64,000 bases of DNA from NCBI RefSeq assembly GCF_018977255.1, contig NW_024704743.1, positions 54,314,001-54,378,000 of the forward strand, in the 5' to 3' direction. The DNA is from Callorhinchus milii. Lineage: Eukaryota. The position numbers were made by a program, and so were the translations under genes. The stretch's first letter is position 1. Each line of letters opens with the position of its first letter. Below, piece by piece: positions 1 through 10,330 of this stretch. Under the pieces are notes generated by a model. That model saw only the letters and a program-made list of their open reading frames with translations. It was not told the origin of the DNA and searched no databases.

Positions 1-554
1 TTGAATATGAATTACTTGGGTATATGAGAGGCAAATTCCCAACACTGTTTTTAATGCTGATGTCTGAGAAGCTCACATAGCACACAAGTCACTTCACTTT
101 ACTGTCAATCCCATGAAGCACTTCGAGCCATTCTCCTGATATGAAAGGAACCAAATCAAATGTAATGACAATAAGGACAAAGTGGGTCACACATTCAAAT
201 GCTGGGAAATAGGATTGTGACTTTATATGAGTTCTTCAATAATAATTCTTGTTTTTGATACAGTACCTAAAATGTCCAAGCATTGACAAAATGCTACACA
301 AAGTTTTTTGTAAAGTGTAGTGACTGCATATTTGTATGCCATTTAGGTGACAGTTTTAACAGTCAGCAGTGTATGAAGGAAAAAACATGCATTTTTATAA
401 AGCTTTATCATCTTGAAATATAAAGAAGTATAAATATATGTTTAAATAAAACAAAAATTTCACAGGTAATGTAGTGCCATAACTCATTTTTTTTAGGTAA
501 ACATGATAACTATTTGCTCCAGCAAATTCCTACAAGTAAACCTGAGATAAATGA

Positions 555-780
555 CCTATTAATATGGAGCATTGACGGGTAGGACACCAGGAAAAACTCT
601 CATGGTGTCACGAGATCTTTAAAGTCCCCTGAAGAATAGGCAGATGGTACCTTGGTATAACATCTCATCTAAAAGGCAGCACTTCTGGCATTCAGAGCCT
701 CCTCTGCCATCCCGACCCCAACCCCTACATGCAATAGTGGAATAGATTGTCAGCCCAGACTGTGAGCTCATGTCTCGATA
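555..780 (-). mobile_element. Degraded Deu-domain SINE fragment (SacSINE1/AmnSINE-like)
   Basis: gagatctttaaagtcccctgaag...catctcatctaaaaggcagcacttctggca resembles the reverse complement of the full copy at 57940-58372. Confidence 0.55.
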
Positions 781-1232
781 TGAAGACAGGGTATTGGAAA
801 GCTGCTGACTCCAACAGAACTGTAATCAGAGTGAATCACTAGGAAATGACGGGGAGAAAATTGAGAAGAAAAGAAAACATGTCCATTTCAGGTAGAACTA
901 GATTTAATGAAAGGGATGAGAAGATGTTTTTTCTCCACTAAGTAGCAGATATGTGGAATACACTTCTCGTAAAATTAATTAATACTGAGTTGAACGGTAC
1001 TGTTAAGAACAGTATTAGAGGATGCATAGATTGACCGAGACTGAACTGAACAAATGCTCCAAGGTACACAATGTTTTAATGCTGTTTGGATCAGGGATTG
1101 AGAAGAGGGGAAGTTAGGGAAGGAGAGAAGAAGGAATAGCAGGGAGGAGGGTAGAAGAAGGAGCAATGGTGGGGGGCAGGTTAGAATGAGGGCAGGAGAC
1201 TAAAGACCATTGTTTTTAATTTGATGAATGGA

Positions 1233-1352
1233 CACATTTTGCAAAGTCCTTAAACCCAGTCTTAATTTGGAAGCCCATTTCTGCATTTTATCAGAAAGAT
1301 GTAAAGTGCTGGCCTCTAAATTAGAACTGGATTTAAGAATTTTCTAAAATGT
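1233..1352. mobile_element. Palindromic MITE-like element core
   Basis: Arms acattttgcaaagtccttaaacccagtcttaatttgg and ctaaattagaactggatttaagaattttctaaaatgt are reverse complements; related copies occur elsewhere in the window. Confidence 0.55.
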
Positions 1353-2446
1353 TGCCCGATATTATATTTTAAGGCAATGGTACTAAGGCTAAAGCTGTGA
1401 GAATTTTTAAGGACTCAGCTGCACAAAGCGAATTACATGCAAAATGTATATGTGTAAAATTGCAATAGATAAGGACATTTTTTGTTTTCAATGTTGTTAT
1501 GGGTTTGATTGCTGTTTAAGAGACGGAACCTTTTTGGAAAGGGAGAGTTTCTGAAAGAAATGTCCATAAACTGATACCAAATGCACAGTGTAAACTATCA
1601 AGGTGAATGCCTGCTTGATTAGTTCATGTAGGCAAGACCTTACCCACAGGGCGATTTCCAACTGTAGTCCCTCAAGCAGACACTTTAAGCATGTATCAAA
1701 CAAATCTGTCAGTTACACTTGAATGCAGAAGATTGTCGTTTCAAATGTTACAGTACAGGAAAATCGCTTCACTGTACATGCTGCCAAAAATGACAGCTTA
1801 ATTTATGCCAATGCTCAAGCCACATCATACAGCCATTCCGTATGGCAGCTAAATACACTCCAAGCTCCCACCATCACTGTTTCCAAATACACTACAGAAA
1901 AAGAGACAGCCAGAGTAACTGCAACAAGTATAAAATTACTTGTGGCAGGGGTTGTGTCGGGGGAATATTGTGCATCCTACATCCCACTTTTATGTGAATC
2001 ATTGGCAATCATAAGTTGTCTGCACTTGCTCATTGTATATATGAATTTTATGTAGGTTACTTACATCAATTTCTTTGGCAAGTTACAACAAGTATTTTGT
2101 GACCCCTCAAGCATTCATTCAATATCTCAAGCAGTCTACAAAGAGCAATGCTAAATACTGAATATACTGTTTCGGGATCTGCTGGGTATTTGACATATGT
2201 GGAAGCCTATTGCCATGCTTAAGATTTTCCAAACTAGGCTTGAGAATTCCACATATGCATGGATAGAAAAAAGGTAAATAAGGATCCAGTCATGAATAAA
2301 AATAGTAACTAAGCCTGGTCTTTATTGACACTGTACATTTCTGCAGCTGTATTGCAGGGAGTAAAAAAACCTTATGTTAACCAAATGTACAAAGGAGGAC
2401 AACAAAATTAATTACAGCATATTATAGTAAAACAAATTATACTATC

Positions 2447-2760
2447 ACTAGAACAGAGAGGGTTGAAAAGAGACTTGATAAAGGCATTCAGAGTTATGAG
2501 TGGTTTTGCTAAGGAAAAATAGGTGAAACTATTTTCGCTGGCTGGTGGGCATGAATTTAAGATCATTACAAAAAAAAAGGGAGAGTTGAGTGATTCTTTG
2601 TACCCTGAGAGTTATTAGGACATGGAATGCTTTACCAAATAACAATGATTGAACCAGAATCCATCATAGCTTTTCAAAGGGAATTAGACAAACATGTGAA
2701 CAGAAAAATATGAAAGGGGAAATGGTGAGTTGGACAAAACAGTTGGAATCTGGTTAAGAA
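2447..2760 (+). mobile_element. CR1 LINE 3' fragment (degraded RT C-terminus/3' UTR)
   Basis: ctagaacagagagggttgaaaagagacttgataaaggcattcagagttatg ... ggacatggaatgctttacc encodes a degraded LEQRGLKRDLIKAFRVM...WNALP, typical of the CR1 ORF2 end. Confidence 0.7.
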
Positions 2761-2943
2761 ATATCACAAATTACCCATTGTTGACAATAAATATCAGTTA
2801 AATTAGTTTCTTTTCAGTGTTGATGCACTGAAATGGGAACAAATGTGATAGTTACTCTGCCTCTTGAGGATGAAGAGATCCTATGATTGATAGATACCGG
2901 GGAATTTGTTCATCCTGGAATGTTACTCTGATTAATTTCAGGC

Positions 2944-3257
2944 ATAATAATAATAATCCTTGCATTTGATATAGCGCTTTTCACACCTTCTATACGTTCC
3001 AAAGCGCTTCACAGAATATACTGTAAAGTGAATTGACTGTATATTTGTGGGCGAACGCGGCAGCTAATTGCGCACAGCAATGTCCCACAAATGGCCGCAG
3101 ATTGAAAATGACCAATTTATTATTGTTTTTTGGTTTTGGAGGGATTATTATTAGGCGTGTGGAGTAAGGAAACTTACCCAAGGTTTCGCCCTGCCTGGAA
3201 TTGAACTCAGGTCTCTCGCTTGCAAAGCGAGTGCTCTAACCACTGAGCTACAGGACT
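2944..3257 (-). mobile_element. Young tRNA(Ala)-headed SINE, short subfamily
   Basis: Reverse complement of 5753-6073, with A/B boxes, Deu 3' segment and (TAT)n tail. Confidence 0.95.
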
Positions 3258-3374
3258 ACAGGACAAGAGCTAACACTCTTTGCAAAAAAAAAATGTTTTC
3301 ATCATTGAGAACTATTTTAAATATAAAGCTTAGGCTAATACGCCGCTTATTTACAAAGTCATGTATGTTAAATA

Positions 3375-3580
3375 GAGGTCCCGTCTGCCTGTTCGGGTCG
3401 ATGCCAAAGATCCTGTGGCACTATTCTAAATAAGAAGATTTTACCCAGTGTCTAGGCCAATAATCTCCTAAATAAAATTGGTCATTTACTTCATGACTGT
3501 TTGTGGGACATTGGCAAATTCACCTCTGAATATACAGGCACTTTACAGTAAAATTATTATTATTATTGTTATTATTATTA
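3375..3580 (+). mobile_element. Deu-domain SINE fragment
   Basis: gaggtcccgtctgcctgttc...aaagatcctgtggcactattc...gactgtttgtgggacattgg matches the body of 57940-58372 and 43335-43640. Confidence 0.7.
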
Positions 3581-3691
3581 AGTTAAGTTTCATATCAAAA
3601 CACAAAATACAGCAGATGCTGGAAATCTGAAAACAGAAGTCGCTGGGAACACTCAGCAGATCAGGCAACATCTATGGAGAAAGGAAAGTGA

Positions 3692-3726
3692 GTCAACGTT
3701 CGGGTCCACGACCCTTTGTCAGAACT
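3692..3726 (-). ncRNA. Degenerate minimal hammerhead ribozyme motif in Penelope pLTR
   Basis: Minus strand reads agtt CTGACaA a gggtc gtg gaccc GAA cgtt gac: helix II intact, core mutated. Confidence 0.55.
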
Positions 3727-4523
3727 GGGGCATGTTGGGAGGGAGAGGCTTATTGGGGTTAACAGAGGGGGGAGGCAAAACAAGGAAGACAAAGGAGAAA
3801 ATGGGGTAGAAGATAGGGGATGATGAGTTAAATGGGTTTTAATGATGCAAAACTAAGCAGGGGATTGCAACAAAGCAGGGGAATAGAGGCGTTAATACTG
3901 CAGAACAAAAAGGGGGCGGGGGGAAAAGAACTTGCAACAAAAAAGGCAGATCAGGGAGAGATGTGGTCACGATGTGGTCTCCTCTACATTGGGGAGATGA
4001 AATGCAGCTTGGGTGACCGATTTGCCGAACGCCTCCGTTCTGTCCGCAAGCAACCCTGAGCTTCCGGTTTCTTGCCATTTCAACTCTCCCTCCCACTTGC
4101 ACTCTGACCTCTCCATCAATGGTCTCCTACGCTGTTCCAATAAACCACAGCGCAAGCTCGAGAAACAGCACCTCATCTATCTACCCTCTGGTCTCAATAT
4201 TGATTTCAACAATTTCTGACCATAACAGCTCACATTCCCCCTCCCACTCTTCTGTGACCATTTCCACATCATCTTGGCTAGACACACCTTTTTTCTCCCT
4301 GATCTTCCTTTTTTGTTGCAAGTTCTTTCCCCCCCACCTTTTTGTTCTGCAATATTAACACCTCTATTCCCTTGCTTTGTTGCAATCCCCCTTTTGTTTT
4401 GTATCATTAACACCTCTTTAACCCACCATCCCCTGTCCTCTACCACATTTTCTCCTTTGTCTTCCTTGCCCTGCCTCCCCCTCTCTGTTAGCCCTTAAAA
4501 ACCTCTCCCTCCCAACATGCCCC

Positions 4524-4560
4524 ATTTCTGACAAAGGGTCATGGACCCAAAACGTTGACT
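4524..4560 (+). ncRNA. Degenerate minimal hammerhead ribozyme motif in Penelope pLTR
   Basis: CTGACaA a gggtc atg gaccc aAAA cgtt gact: helix II intact, two G>A changes at CpG positions in the core. Confidence 0.55.
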
Positions 4561-4777
4561 CACTTTCCTTTTCCCACAGATGCTGCCTGACCTGCTGCGT
4601 GTTCCCAGCGACTTCTGTTTTNGTTTTAAGTTTCGTATCATTTGGAACTATTTGCTCAAATCAAATATGGTATTTTGGTACTGATTCTGTCCCTAATCTC
4701 AAAGAGTAACTCCCCAATGCAGGCAAGGGTAAAATAACCTTGATTTATAATCTTTGCATTTCATATAGCGCCTTACC

Positions 4778-5330
4778 AGAGTTCATTCAGAACTCTGCAG
4801 CTCGTGTACTGTCCTGCACCAGGCTTCGGGAACACATCACTCCCACCCTCGCTCGCCTCCTCTGGCTCCCCATCCCCCAGAGGATCGAATTCAAGATCCT
4901 CACCCTCACCTACAAGGCCATTCACGGCCTCGTTCCCTCCTACCTCTCCGACCTACTATCCCCCTACCTACCTGCCCGTACCCTCCGTTCCTCTGGCTCC
5001 GGTCTGCTCCACGTCCCCCACCCCAACCGCCCTACTATCGGTGGCCGGGCCTTCAGCCTCTCAGCCCCGAGGCTCTGGGACTCTATCCCCCAGTGCCTTC
5101 GCCGCTTCCTCCCTTTCCTCCTTCAAGGCCGGTCTCAAGACCTTTCTCTTTGACCGTGCCTTCAGCTCCCTCTCGACTCTACCCCCTCCTCGCTCCCTCC
5201 CTTCCCTCCCCTCACCCTGACCATTTCCCCCCTGCTCGGGTCCCGACCCAACTGTACAGCGCCTTGGGACGTCCTCCTGACCGTGAAAGGCACTCAATAA
5301 ATGGAATCTTGTTGTTGTTGTTGTTGTTAT
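4778..5330 (+). mobile_element. L2 LINE 3' end (RT C-terminal domain, 3' UTR, (TGT)n tail), relatively young
   Basis: Translates IQNSAARVLSCTRLREHITPTLARLLWLPIPQRIEFKILTLTYKAIHGLVPSYLSDLL...TIGGRAFSLSAPRLWDSIP, the L2-clade ORF2 C-terminus; ends in ttgttgttgttg. Confidence 0.92.
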
Positions 5331-5752
5331 CATAACAAACCCACTCAAAGGATATCGGGAAATTCTCTTGGGAATGTTCAAGAGAATCTCCATTCTCTTT
5401 TAGTATAGTGTTATGGGATTTCTAATGTTGACCTGAACAGAACTGTGCATTCATACTTTATGTATATTTTGGATCATGTTTTTTTAATCCAATTCAGTAG
5501 CATTAATGGTGCAAGATTCCATATGATCTTTCATCACTTTTTAATTAAAATGTATTTTTCAACTACTAAAGACAGCTGAAATAATTACCCCAAAGACCTT
5601 GATCACAGGAAGATGGCAGATGCCAGCATTATTGCAGCCATGCAGATGGAAGCACTCGTTATCACAGTAGCAGTATGAAGCACCAAATTAAATGAAATTA
5701 GTCATAATCCTTTGTAGAATATCAAACTTTAGTAGGAATTCAGATGATAAAT

Positions 5753-6073
5753 GGAGTCCTGTAGCTCAGTGGTTAGAGCACTCGCTTTGCAAGCGAGAGA
5801 CCTGAGTTCAATTCCAGGCAGGGCGAAACCTTGGGCAAGTTTCCTTGCTCCACACGCCTAATAATAATCCCTCCAAAAACAAAACAATAATAAATTGGTC
5901 ATTTTCAATCTACGACTGTTTGTGGGACATTGCTGTGCGCAATTGGCTGCCGCGTTCGCCCACAAATATAGTCAATTCACTTTACAGTGTGTTCTGTGAA
6001 GCGCTTTGGGACGTCCTCCTGACGTGAAAAGCGCTATATCAAATGCAAGGATTATTATTATTATTATTATTAT
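5753..6073 (+). mobile_element. Young tRNA(Ala-UGC)-headed SINE, short subfamily, full length
   Basis: A box TAGCTCAGTGG, anticodon arm ctcgc-tttgcaa-gcgag, B box GTTCAATTC, Deu segment ctgtttgtgggacattgctgtgcgcaattggctgc, L2-like tail and (TAT)n. Confidence 0.95.
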
Positions 6074-8201
6074 AAGGTGAAACATTTTCAAAACCATTGT
6101 CTATTCAATTAACTTTCTTTTGAAGCAAATATAACATGTGTGTAAAAACACATCTATTACTACTTCGTAACAACTGGGTGTTTAGTGTAGTCTCAATGGT
6201 ATAGGAATGATGATCTGAATGACCTGTTCAATGCTAAACATTTCTATGCATCTGTTTCCCTATTTCTCTAAATACTGCCAGATGTTGTAGAGGTATAAAA
6301 ATCTAGTGGCAAGAACTGTCCTGAATATATCAAAACATTAAAAGTTTATATTGATTAACACATCATAACAATATATTGTGACAATCCTGCAATCATTTGA
6401 TTTAACATGTTATGTCTCTGCCCGTTTATGTTAATCGTCCATTCCTTTCTTAAATTTATATAAAATTACTTTGTGGCAGCCCATCAAAAGTGAGATGACT
6501 GAAGAAGCAGTCAACAACAAGGATTTCTGAAGCACAATGCAATGCAATATAAAAAANGGAGCTCAGATTACTAGTTGCTAGGAGACATGCATTACAAACT
6601 ATGGCTGTTGAATTGTGACTCAAATTGGTCTGTAATTTAACTCTTTGCGAACTGTCTAATTCACCACTGACGACCTGGAAGCCATTTGATTGTCAGCCTG
6701 TAATTCTAGCACAAGCCCAACCTGACACAGACCGCAGGAGTATTGCAATATGTTTAAAATGGCTGAATGTGGGATTATTTTTCATAGGAGTAAAACCGCT
6801 TTGCTAGGTGAATAATTGCAAAAAAATATAAAATTTGGATTATACTGCAGAAAGATGCCAGTTGTTATGATTGGACATGAGTGATACAAAGTGATGTATA
6901 TTCATGTTTATATCCATTTAGAAGACAAATGTAGGTTTTGTATTGCTGCCAGTGGAGAACTTCTGTTCTGTTCTGGTATTTCATACAATACTTTGTGTGG
7001 TCAAAATGAAATATACTCTAAGCCTGTTCATTGTAAGATTTCAACATCTGACACATTTTTCACCATTGCCAGTTTATAAACAGGTAATAAATAATATGAA
7101 ATAAAAATGTCTCCCCTTACAATGTTTTTTTTGATTTATGGATCTGCTACACATTGAACAAAATATCAAAAAGTGGCTTCATGCCACATAACCTGGTGAC
7201 GTGATTGTTTTGTCACATACAAGCAGCCCAGAAAAGTGCAGCCGTTGTGTGTCTCACCCAGCATTCATCGCACACACAACTGGTTAGACATGTTTATTTT
7301 CTTGAAATTTACAAATTACAGTTACAATGTATGCATTCAGGATGAACTATCTCTTCAAATGAATGACATCAGTGTAATCTCTCTGAATTCAGCAAACTAT
7401 AAGTCATGTCAGCCTTTTCCTTCCATCTTTACAAGAGTGCAGGTCCCTAATCAATCTCGCAGTCATGTTTTTAATCCAAAATGTTTAACCTTGTCCATTT
7501 ACAATGTCATGTCTTGCAAACATGCATTACAAACCAGACTCATTTTCCTTCACAGAAATTGTCCTTAATAATTCTCTATATGGGGGGACTCATAAAAAAT
7601 ATGATTGTCACTGTTGCTGTTAGTTCCCCTAAATTACACTATTATTGAAGATCACTATTAAAATATTGTAAACAATGAGCAACAAGCACTGATGGGACAT
7701 AATATCCACCAAATAATCAATTAAGATTTTTCTTTTGAACGGGTGGAGGGTGAAAACAATAATAAGCCAAATGAATAAGTATGACACCGTGTAAATAAAA
7801 ATAAATACTATATGATTATTCTTTAAAAGGAGATGAATGTGAAATAGGAGGAAAACAAGAGTGTCACAATTTGTATCATGCAACAATTTTCTTTTACGAA
7901 AGGTTTGCAAATTGATTGCCAACCCAGAATGTTTATGTCAAAAATAGAGATGATTAAGAATGGATCACAGTCGAGTATTATTATTCCGTGCCAGAAGAGA
8001 AGAACATTAATGAGAAGAGAGTGACAAGTAATTATGTCACCTATGTGAACAGCTTAATTTTCTAAATTAGCCACTTTGATAATTATGACATCTCATTTGC
8101 CTTCCATTCCACGAGCCCTGAAGCTTACCTTTTGATTTTCCTTTCTCAGTCAGTTAACATGGACAGATTAGCCAGATACCCTAGTGCATCTGGGGTTACT
8201 T

Positions 8202-8554
8202 GAATCCTGTAGTATATTGGTTAGAGCACTCGCCTCGCAAGCGAGAGGACCCGGGTTTGATTCCCGGACTGGGTGAAACCTCAGGCAAGTTTCCTTACTG
8301 CACACACTCTGTTTCCTTAGCAGTAAATCGAAACCCGATTATTAGTCAATTAGTAAATCGCTTTCTGGGGGTGATAATCCCTTCAATTTTTTTTAAATAA
8401 TAGTTTGTAGTTCAATCTGCGACTGTTTGTGGGACGCTGCTGTGTACAATTGGCTGCTGCGTTTCTCCCACAAAATATAGTCAATTCACTTTACAGTATA
8501 TTCTGTGAAGCACTTTGAGATATCTGAACAATGTGATAAGGTGCAAAGGCAAGG

Positions 8555-8607
<53 letters not shown>

Positions 8608-8612
8608 CATTA
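8202..8612 (+). mobile_element. Older long-subfamily tRNA SINE with expanded (TAT)n tail
   Basis: Same head and tail as the short SINE plus a central segment ctctgtttccttagcagtaaatcg...gctttctgggggtgataatccc; tail is about 18 TAT units at 8556-8612. Confidence 0.9.
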
Positions 8613-9197
8613 CTTGAGTTTCAGGCAGATTGGGCAGATGATCTGTCTTGAGCCAGGGCTGAAACAGTAACCCGAAGTATGACGTGCGTGAAAAGGGATT
8701 TTTTCTCATCTGTTTGCAGTGTATGAAAATATGTACTGAGTAGATTAGGGAGTTTTAACAGGGCACACAAGAAGGATATTTACAAGTACTTGACATTGGG
8801 TGTAAACAAGAATGTTTGAACTGCAGCTTACTGTTGTGAGCCAAAGCGTTTGTAAATATATCCTGGGACTTTTGCAAGCACTTAAGATGAATGGAATGTA
8901 CTTTGGTCCCAGTGAAGCAAGTAGCTTTAATATGAGAAATAAGGACCAATAAATGATACATTTGGTCTTATTAGTAGGCTCTGAGCCCATGTGATTACTA
9001 TTTTATAGGGCAGTAATAGTTTGGCTAAAAGCGACTCAGGAAAGCATTTTTGACAGTATAACAAATAAAGATACAGCCAAAAATATATTTTATATTGCAG
9101 TCACTGCATATGTGCACTCAGACTGGGTGAGGCTGATTTGTCGGTCAGTCCTTTTATGTATATGTAGACAATATCAGTTAGTATTCCATTGACTCAC

Positions 9198-9239
9198 CTT
9201 CCCGGCCAGCACTTTCTCCCTCCTCATCATGTGTGAAGG
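9198..9239 (-). CDS. Candidate small internal exon (42 nt): (A)FTHDEEGESAGRE in phase 1, or PSHMMRREKVLAGK in phase 0
   Basis: Minus strand reads ctgactcaattttgtctttgtcAG|ccttc ... gggaag|GTgagt: near-consensus donor, pyrimidine tract and CTGAC branch-like motif. Length is a multiple of 3, and phase 1 is the only frame shared with the 126-nt exon. Confidence 0.65.
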
Positions 9240-9307
9240 CTGACAAAGACAAAATTGAGTCAGAATTTGGTATCTTTTAAGAAATTATTTCATCCTCTTT
9301 GAGCACT

Positions 9308-9501
9308 GGGATCTAATTTGTAGCATTTCTTTAACAAGGAATTTGACTGACAGATGAGGTCTTGTCCCAGTAATTGAAAATACATCCCGCTGACCCTGGG
9401 AACTCCTCTCTGATGCAATCTATTTCCAGAGAGGAGTTCCCATGGGGGCGATGGGAATTCCTTATGAAGGAATCCTGTTAGGAAAAACTGGAAATTAGAC
9501 C
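9308..9501. mobile_element. MITE-like element with GG(A/G)TCTAATTT termini and an internal 16-bp perfect hairpin
   Basis: Left end gggatctaatttgtagcatttctttaacaagg versus right end (rc) ggtctaatttccagtttttcctaacagg; tgggaactcctctctg (9397-9412) pairs with cagagaggagttccca (9427-9442). Confidence 0.65.
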
Positions 9502-10195
9502 TTCTAGATGGTTTCCTGCATTGATAGAGAATGAAACCTGTGTTGCGGGATGCCTTATTTTTTGAGGTGGGTGAGATTGTGGAATGGAGGTTGAATACTT
9601 ATTGAGGCCTGAAATTGCAACTAGTCTTCAGCCTGTAAGACAATTTGCCTTAAAATTTAAGAGAAAGCAGAATTAAAGAAAACTGTTAAATTTGGTTTTA
9701 ATTTCGAAATCGTTTTTCCTCAATTGTTAACAAAGTAGCTTCCAAGTTGTGCCTAAAATTTAATATTTTGCATGTGATCTTAAATTTTAATCCTAAATGG
9801 TCTTCCAGGCTAAGACTGGGTAGAAGTTTGGGCCCTGTTAGCTCCCAGAGCTAAACTCTCAGAACAAGGTTCAAGATGGGTCTGAACCAGTTTACTTGCT
9901 TGGAACTCATAGTGCCTGATATTCTGTTGTGAAATTAGTGGCATTAATAAGAAAATCTGGAGAGTAAAATAAAGTGAGCAGTCTTAAAATTCATGTAAAA
10001 TTGCCATTATCAATGTGAAAACCTTAACTGGCCCTCATTAATGGGGGTTGGATTGTTTGATAATTGCCATTGTTGTAGACAGCTTTAAGTGCAGTGCATT
10101 TAATTTGATACGTGTTGGCAGAAACATGCTACATTTTACTACAAAAGAGACCAAATGGTAGATTAGACAGCAGGTAGGATGAGTACCAGTTCCTT

Positions 10196-10330
10196 TAATA
10201 ATAATCCTTGCATTTGATATAGCGGCTTATCATGTCTTCCAGACGTCTCAAAGGAGTTCACAGGATATACTGTAAATTGAATTGACTGTAACTTATGTGG
10301 GCGAAACACAGCAGCCAATTGCGCACAGCT
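10196..10330 (-). mobile_element. SINE 3' fragment
   Basis: aataataatccttgcatttgatatagcg...gcagccaattgcgcacagc. Confidence 0.85.

Larger units (their letters stand above)
3597..4621 (+). mobile_element. Penelope-like retroelement remnant: GIY-YIG endonuclease tail between inverted pseudo-LTRs
   Basis: 3967-4219 encodes a frameshifted RCGLLYIGEMKCSLGDRFAERLRSV...PELPVSCHFNSPSH...QRKLEKQHLIY...GLNIDFNNF*. About 3630-3960 is the reverse complement of about 4293-4621. Confidence 0.9.

Noticed and set aside
1643..1704. Possible minus-strand exon DLFDTCLKCLLEGLQLEIALW ending at tgg|gtaagg
   Set aside because: The acceptor lacks a pyrimidine tract and the peptide is unrecognised.
2065..2135. Minus-strand exon-like segment (ctctttgtag|...|gtaagt)
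   Set aside because: 71 nt with stop codons in all three frames; at most a non-coding or poison exon, with no support.
4740..5393. Several ORFs over 100 aa
   Set aside because: All are frames of the L2 fragment, not host genes.
5753..5826. Genuine tRNA-Ala gene
   Set aside because: Continues directly into a SINE body and tail and recurs as dispersed copies.
8491..8709. Poly-isoleucine ORF
   Set aside because: Translation of the (TAT)n SINE tail.
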